The notes under the pieces: generated by a model | Database searches by the model: none | What the model was told of the DNA's origin: nothing | What the model saw: the letters and a program-made list of their open reading frames with translations, nothing else | Source: Syntrophorhabdaceae bacterium | GTDB lineage: Bacteria; Desulfobacterota; Syntrophorhabdia; Syntrophorhabdales; Syntrophorhabdaceae | Direction of reading: 5' to 3' | Assembly: GCA_963666485.2 (NCBI GenBank) | Contig: CAXXUO010000002.1 | Coordinates: forward strand, 416,001 to 480,000 | Length of the DNA stretch: 64,000 nt | Program-made: the position numbers and the translations under genes | Part shown: piece by piece, positions 61,345-64,000 of the stretch | How the letters are laid out: every line of letters begins with the position of its first letter | How positions within the stretch are numbered: the first letter of the stretch is position 1

Positions 61345-62741
61345 ATCCTGCCTCCATGTATATCGACGATATGCTTCGCAAGGGCAAGGCCAAGGCCCGT
61401 GCCCTTAGTCCCGGCCCGTGCGGCCGCGTCGCCCTGCCGGTATTTATCGAATATTGCCGCCCGGTCCTCCGGGGATATCCCCGGTCCGGCATCGGTCACG
61501 GCAAATTCAAGCCCCCCGTGTGCAGACCTCAAGGACACGGCGACCCTTGAGCCGTCCGGTGAATATTTTACAGCATTTCCCAAAATATTCCGAATTACCT
61601 GGAGCATCTTTTCGGGATCGATCCTGACGGGCGGTATATCACCGGAATAATCGAATTGAAAAAAAATATCCCGGGATGCATAGAGCGGTTCGATCTCCGC
61701 GACGGCCTTTTTCAATAAGGGCTTTATATCGTGCAACGCCATATCGAAATCCCCGACGCCAGCCTCTATTTTGGACAGATCGAGAAGCGTATTGACCTGT
61801 TGAATAAGCCGGTTGCATTCCTCGGCCATGATGGCCAATATTTTTTGTATATCGTCCGCCGAGCGGTCCGGATGCTTCTGCAGGAGCGTTATCCCTGCCT
61901 TCATAGATGCAAGCGGGGTACGCAGTTCGTGGGTCATAAGGGCGAAAAAATCGGATTTGATCTTCTCTGTCTCAGCCAATTGCTCACTCATTACATTCAG
62001 GGCGTGTGCCAGTTCCCCGATCTCGGGTGGAGATGATATCGCGAGCGGGTCTTCGAATTTCCCCCGTGCTATCTGCCGCGTCTTCCTCTTGATGATCGAC
62101 AAAGGCTTCGTGATGCTCCGCGTAACGCTCCAGGCAATAAGGACACCAAGAAGCAGGGAACACAGGGCCATGGTCATTGCGGTCCTGAGCGCCCGCTTCC
62201 CTGATCTGCCCAATGTCTCGATCCCTGCCTTGGTGCTGGCGGCCGTGGCGAGCTCCAGTGCTTTTATCTCTTTTATGATCGCATCAATATTTGACCCTTT
62301 CTCCGCCTTATACGTGCCGGCCCGGTAGGGTTTGCCCGAACTGATATATCTTTCTTCCTCCTTTACCAGCGCTGTATAGCGGGTATGGATATTATCTATA
62401 CCTTCCAGTAGTTCCCTGCTGCCCAGAGAATCAGAGACCGCCCGGGCCTCTGCAAGAGAACTGGCAAAGTCTTTCCCGGCATGCACGAAATGATCATACA
62501 GCGCCCTCTCCTTCGAAATGATATATTTCTTTTCGAATGTTATCTCGGAAAGCAATGCATCGCTCAGCCGGTCCTTGCACGCGAGCATCTTGTCCCCCGC
62601 TTCAAGCATGCGAATACCGGCCCTGTTGAAATGGTCTAATTTTACAATGGAATAAAAGGTTACCGATGTCGTTACGATAAAGAGTGCACTGAACCCGACG
62701 ATCAATCGGCCTGGTACGTTCAATTTAGCAAAACTGCCCAT
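61287..62741 (-). CDS. Membrane HAMP-domain sensor histidine kinase (GlrK/QseE-like)
   Basis: Two TM helices, HAMP, THELRTPL H-box, NAVKYS, DAGPGI, GTGLGL. Confidence 0.93.
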   Translation of the reverse strand: MGSFAKLNVPGRLIVGFSALFIVTTSVTFYSIVKLDHFNRAGIRMLEAGDKMLACKDRLSDALLSEITFEKKYIISKERALYDHFVHAGKDFASSLAEARAVSDSLGSRELLEGIDNIHTRYTALVKEEERYISSGKPYRAGTYKAEKGSNIDAIIKEIKALELATAASTKAGIETLGRSGKRALRTAMTMALCSLLLGVLIAWSVTRSITKPLSIIKRKTRQIARGKFEDPLAISSPPEIGELAHALNVMSEQLAETEKIKSDFFALMTHELRTPLASMKAGITLLQKHPDRSADDIQKILAIMAEECNRLIQQVNTLLDLSKIEAGVGDFDMALHDIKPLLKKAVAEIEPLYASRDIFFQFDYSGDIPPVRIDPEKMLQVIRNILGNAVKYSPDGSRVAVSLRSAHGGLEFAVTDAGPGISPEDRAAIFDKYRQGDAAARAGTKGTGLGLALAKHIVDIHGGRIWVESEPGKGSTFTVFLRH

Positions 62742-62802
62742 TTATACTGCTCTTTACTGCAAAACAAAGATATAATGACCCCCCCGGGGGGGGCAGGGTG
62801 GA

Positions 62803-63312
62803 TCATTTAAACTTCGATATCCGGTAGTCCGTATAATCCTGTTCAGTTTTCCAAACATCCGCAACATTCTTCGGCACATTGCCTTTATAATGTTTTTCAA
62901 GGTCGGCCCACAATTTATCTGCATCTTTCTGAAGGCTCTTTATTTTTTCTTCCAGCATATTCTTCCTGCCTTGGGCCGACTGTTCCTGCTCTTTTTTTTC
63001 ACGGTTCACTTTCTCTTCATTGAGGACGTCGCGAAAGTCAATTCCTCTCGTACTTCTGTCAGGGTTTTCAATCCTGTAGATTTCCTGGTGCGCGGCAACC
63101 ATCTCGGAATTTATACTCCGGAATTTCTTGAGAGACTGGGTCGTTACGTCATCAAGCGCACTTGCCGATTTTTTTGCGGCCACATTCCCGTCGGTGGCGG
63201 GAGCTCCTTTCACATCCGCGGATTTCCCCGTATCGGCGTCCCACGGAAATACACAGGGCGTATATCCTATCACCAGACCAAAGATCAACAGAGTGGACCA
63301 TGCAATCTTCAT
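62803..63312 (-). CDS. Secreted hypothetical coiled-coil protein
   Basis: GGAG RBS then MKIAWSTLLIFGLV signal peptide. Confidence 0.7.
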   Translation of the reverse strand: MKIAWSTLLIFGLVIGYTPCVFPWDADTGKSADVKGAPATDGNVAAKKSASALDDVTTQSLKKFRSINSEMVAAHQEIYRIENPDRSTRGIDFRDVLNEEKVNREKKEQEQSAQGRKNMLEEKIKSLQKDADKLWADLEKHYKGNVPKNVADVWKTEQDYTDYRISKFK

Positions 63313-63394
63313 TCTTTTCTCCCGGAGATTAAAAATAACCACGTCAATCGTCAGTATTAGACATATCACTCCACGGAAGATTTGTAAATCCAAT

Positions 63395-64000
63395 TTATTT
63401 GATCGACTGAAGATAGATCCGGAGATTCACTTTCTTATGCTTTATCTTAAGCTTTGCGCGTATGTTGTTGCGATAACTGTTGACAGCACTTGATGCCACG
63501 CCCAGCATATCGGCGATCTCTTTCGTGTTTTTGCCGTCTTTTATGAGGCTCACAACCTCCACCTCGCGGGGGGTAAGATTGAACTGGCCGACATTCTTTA
63601 TCAGGGGAGACATGATGTCATTGGTATTGTTCTCAATCATTTCAAGGAAATAATATATCTCCGGGTCGGGACGGCTCTTTTTCATCTTTTCGATATACGG
63701 AAAGATCCGGCTTTTAAGATTTGCAATGAATACCTGCTCGAGGGCCTTCTTTTCCTCTTCCACTTTTCTTAGCAGTACCCTAAGGGCTATGTTGGCCTCT
63801 TCAAGGGCGGAGGTCTTCTGATCGAGTTCACGGGTACGGTCCCGGACCAGTTCTTCGAGGCCGTTATGATGTTTCTTTAATTCCTGTTCACTTCTCAGCA
63901 ATCTCTCGGTTAATTTTTCACGACGGGAAATGTCGAGGACATAACCAAGGTAGTGGCTTGTATTGCCCCCTTCATCCCGCATAATGGTTGTCCTGTCCTC
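63395..64000 (-). CDS. PAS-LuxR transcriptional regulator (5'-partial)
   Basis: PAC end, LEEANIALRVLL coil, LTPREVEV..LIKDGKNTKEIA...YRNNIRAKL HTH. Confidence 0.9.
   Translation of the reverse strand, partial: EDRTTIMRDEGGNTSHYLGYVLDISRREKLTERLLRSEQELKKHHNGLEELVRDRTRELDQKTSALEEANIALRVLLRKVEEEKKALEQVFIANLKSRIFPYIEKMKKSRPDPEIYYFLEMIENNTNDIMSPLIKNVGQFNLTPREVEVVSLIKDGKNTKEIADMLGVASSAVNSYRNNIRAKLKIKHKKVNLRIYLQSIK

Overview
Mostly core-genome DNA from an anaerobic deltaproteobacterium-like organism (Syntrophorhabdus/Desulfobacterota-like; this is inferred from gene content and was not tested). Contents in order: yicC-gmk-rpoZ; hcp-ferredoxin-cupin; nitroreductase and radical SAM genes; DUF89-dnaJ-orf-groES-groEL; a lipid A L-Ara4N cluster with split arnA; ilvBNC-psd-pssA; secA-argJ; kdsB; two PAS-LuxR regulators; tRNA-Leu(CAA); a porin; archease-rtcB; cobO; pyrF-rlmB; MATE; thrC; zur-znuACB; dnaK-lon; budA; and a multi-sensor class III nucleotide cyclase. 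Highlights: (1) rtcB has an in-frame TGA exactly at its metal-bridging catalytic Cys (GYDIN-U-GVR), followed by a SECIS-like hairpin, so it is a candidate selenocysteine RNA ligase. (2) A rhodanese lipoprotein has TGA in its CGGxxC loop and a SECIS-like hairpin with the same geometry, which independently supports Sec decoding. (3) Intergenic regions repeatedly carry inverted pairs of 7-bp tandem repeats, including 38- and 50-unit (AACGGCT)n arrays joined to a near-identical terminator cassette. (4) A MITE/REP-like element lies between two copies of a 102-bp duplication at the cobO 5' end. (5) A poly-C frameshift removes the recognition helix of one PAS-LuxR regulator. No CRISPR array, prophage or transposase is seen.
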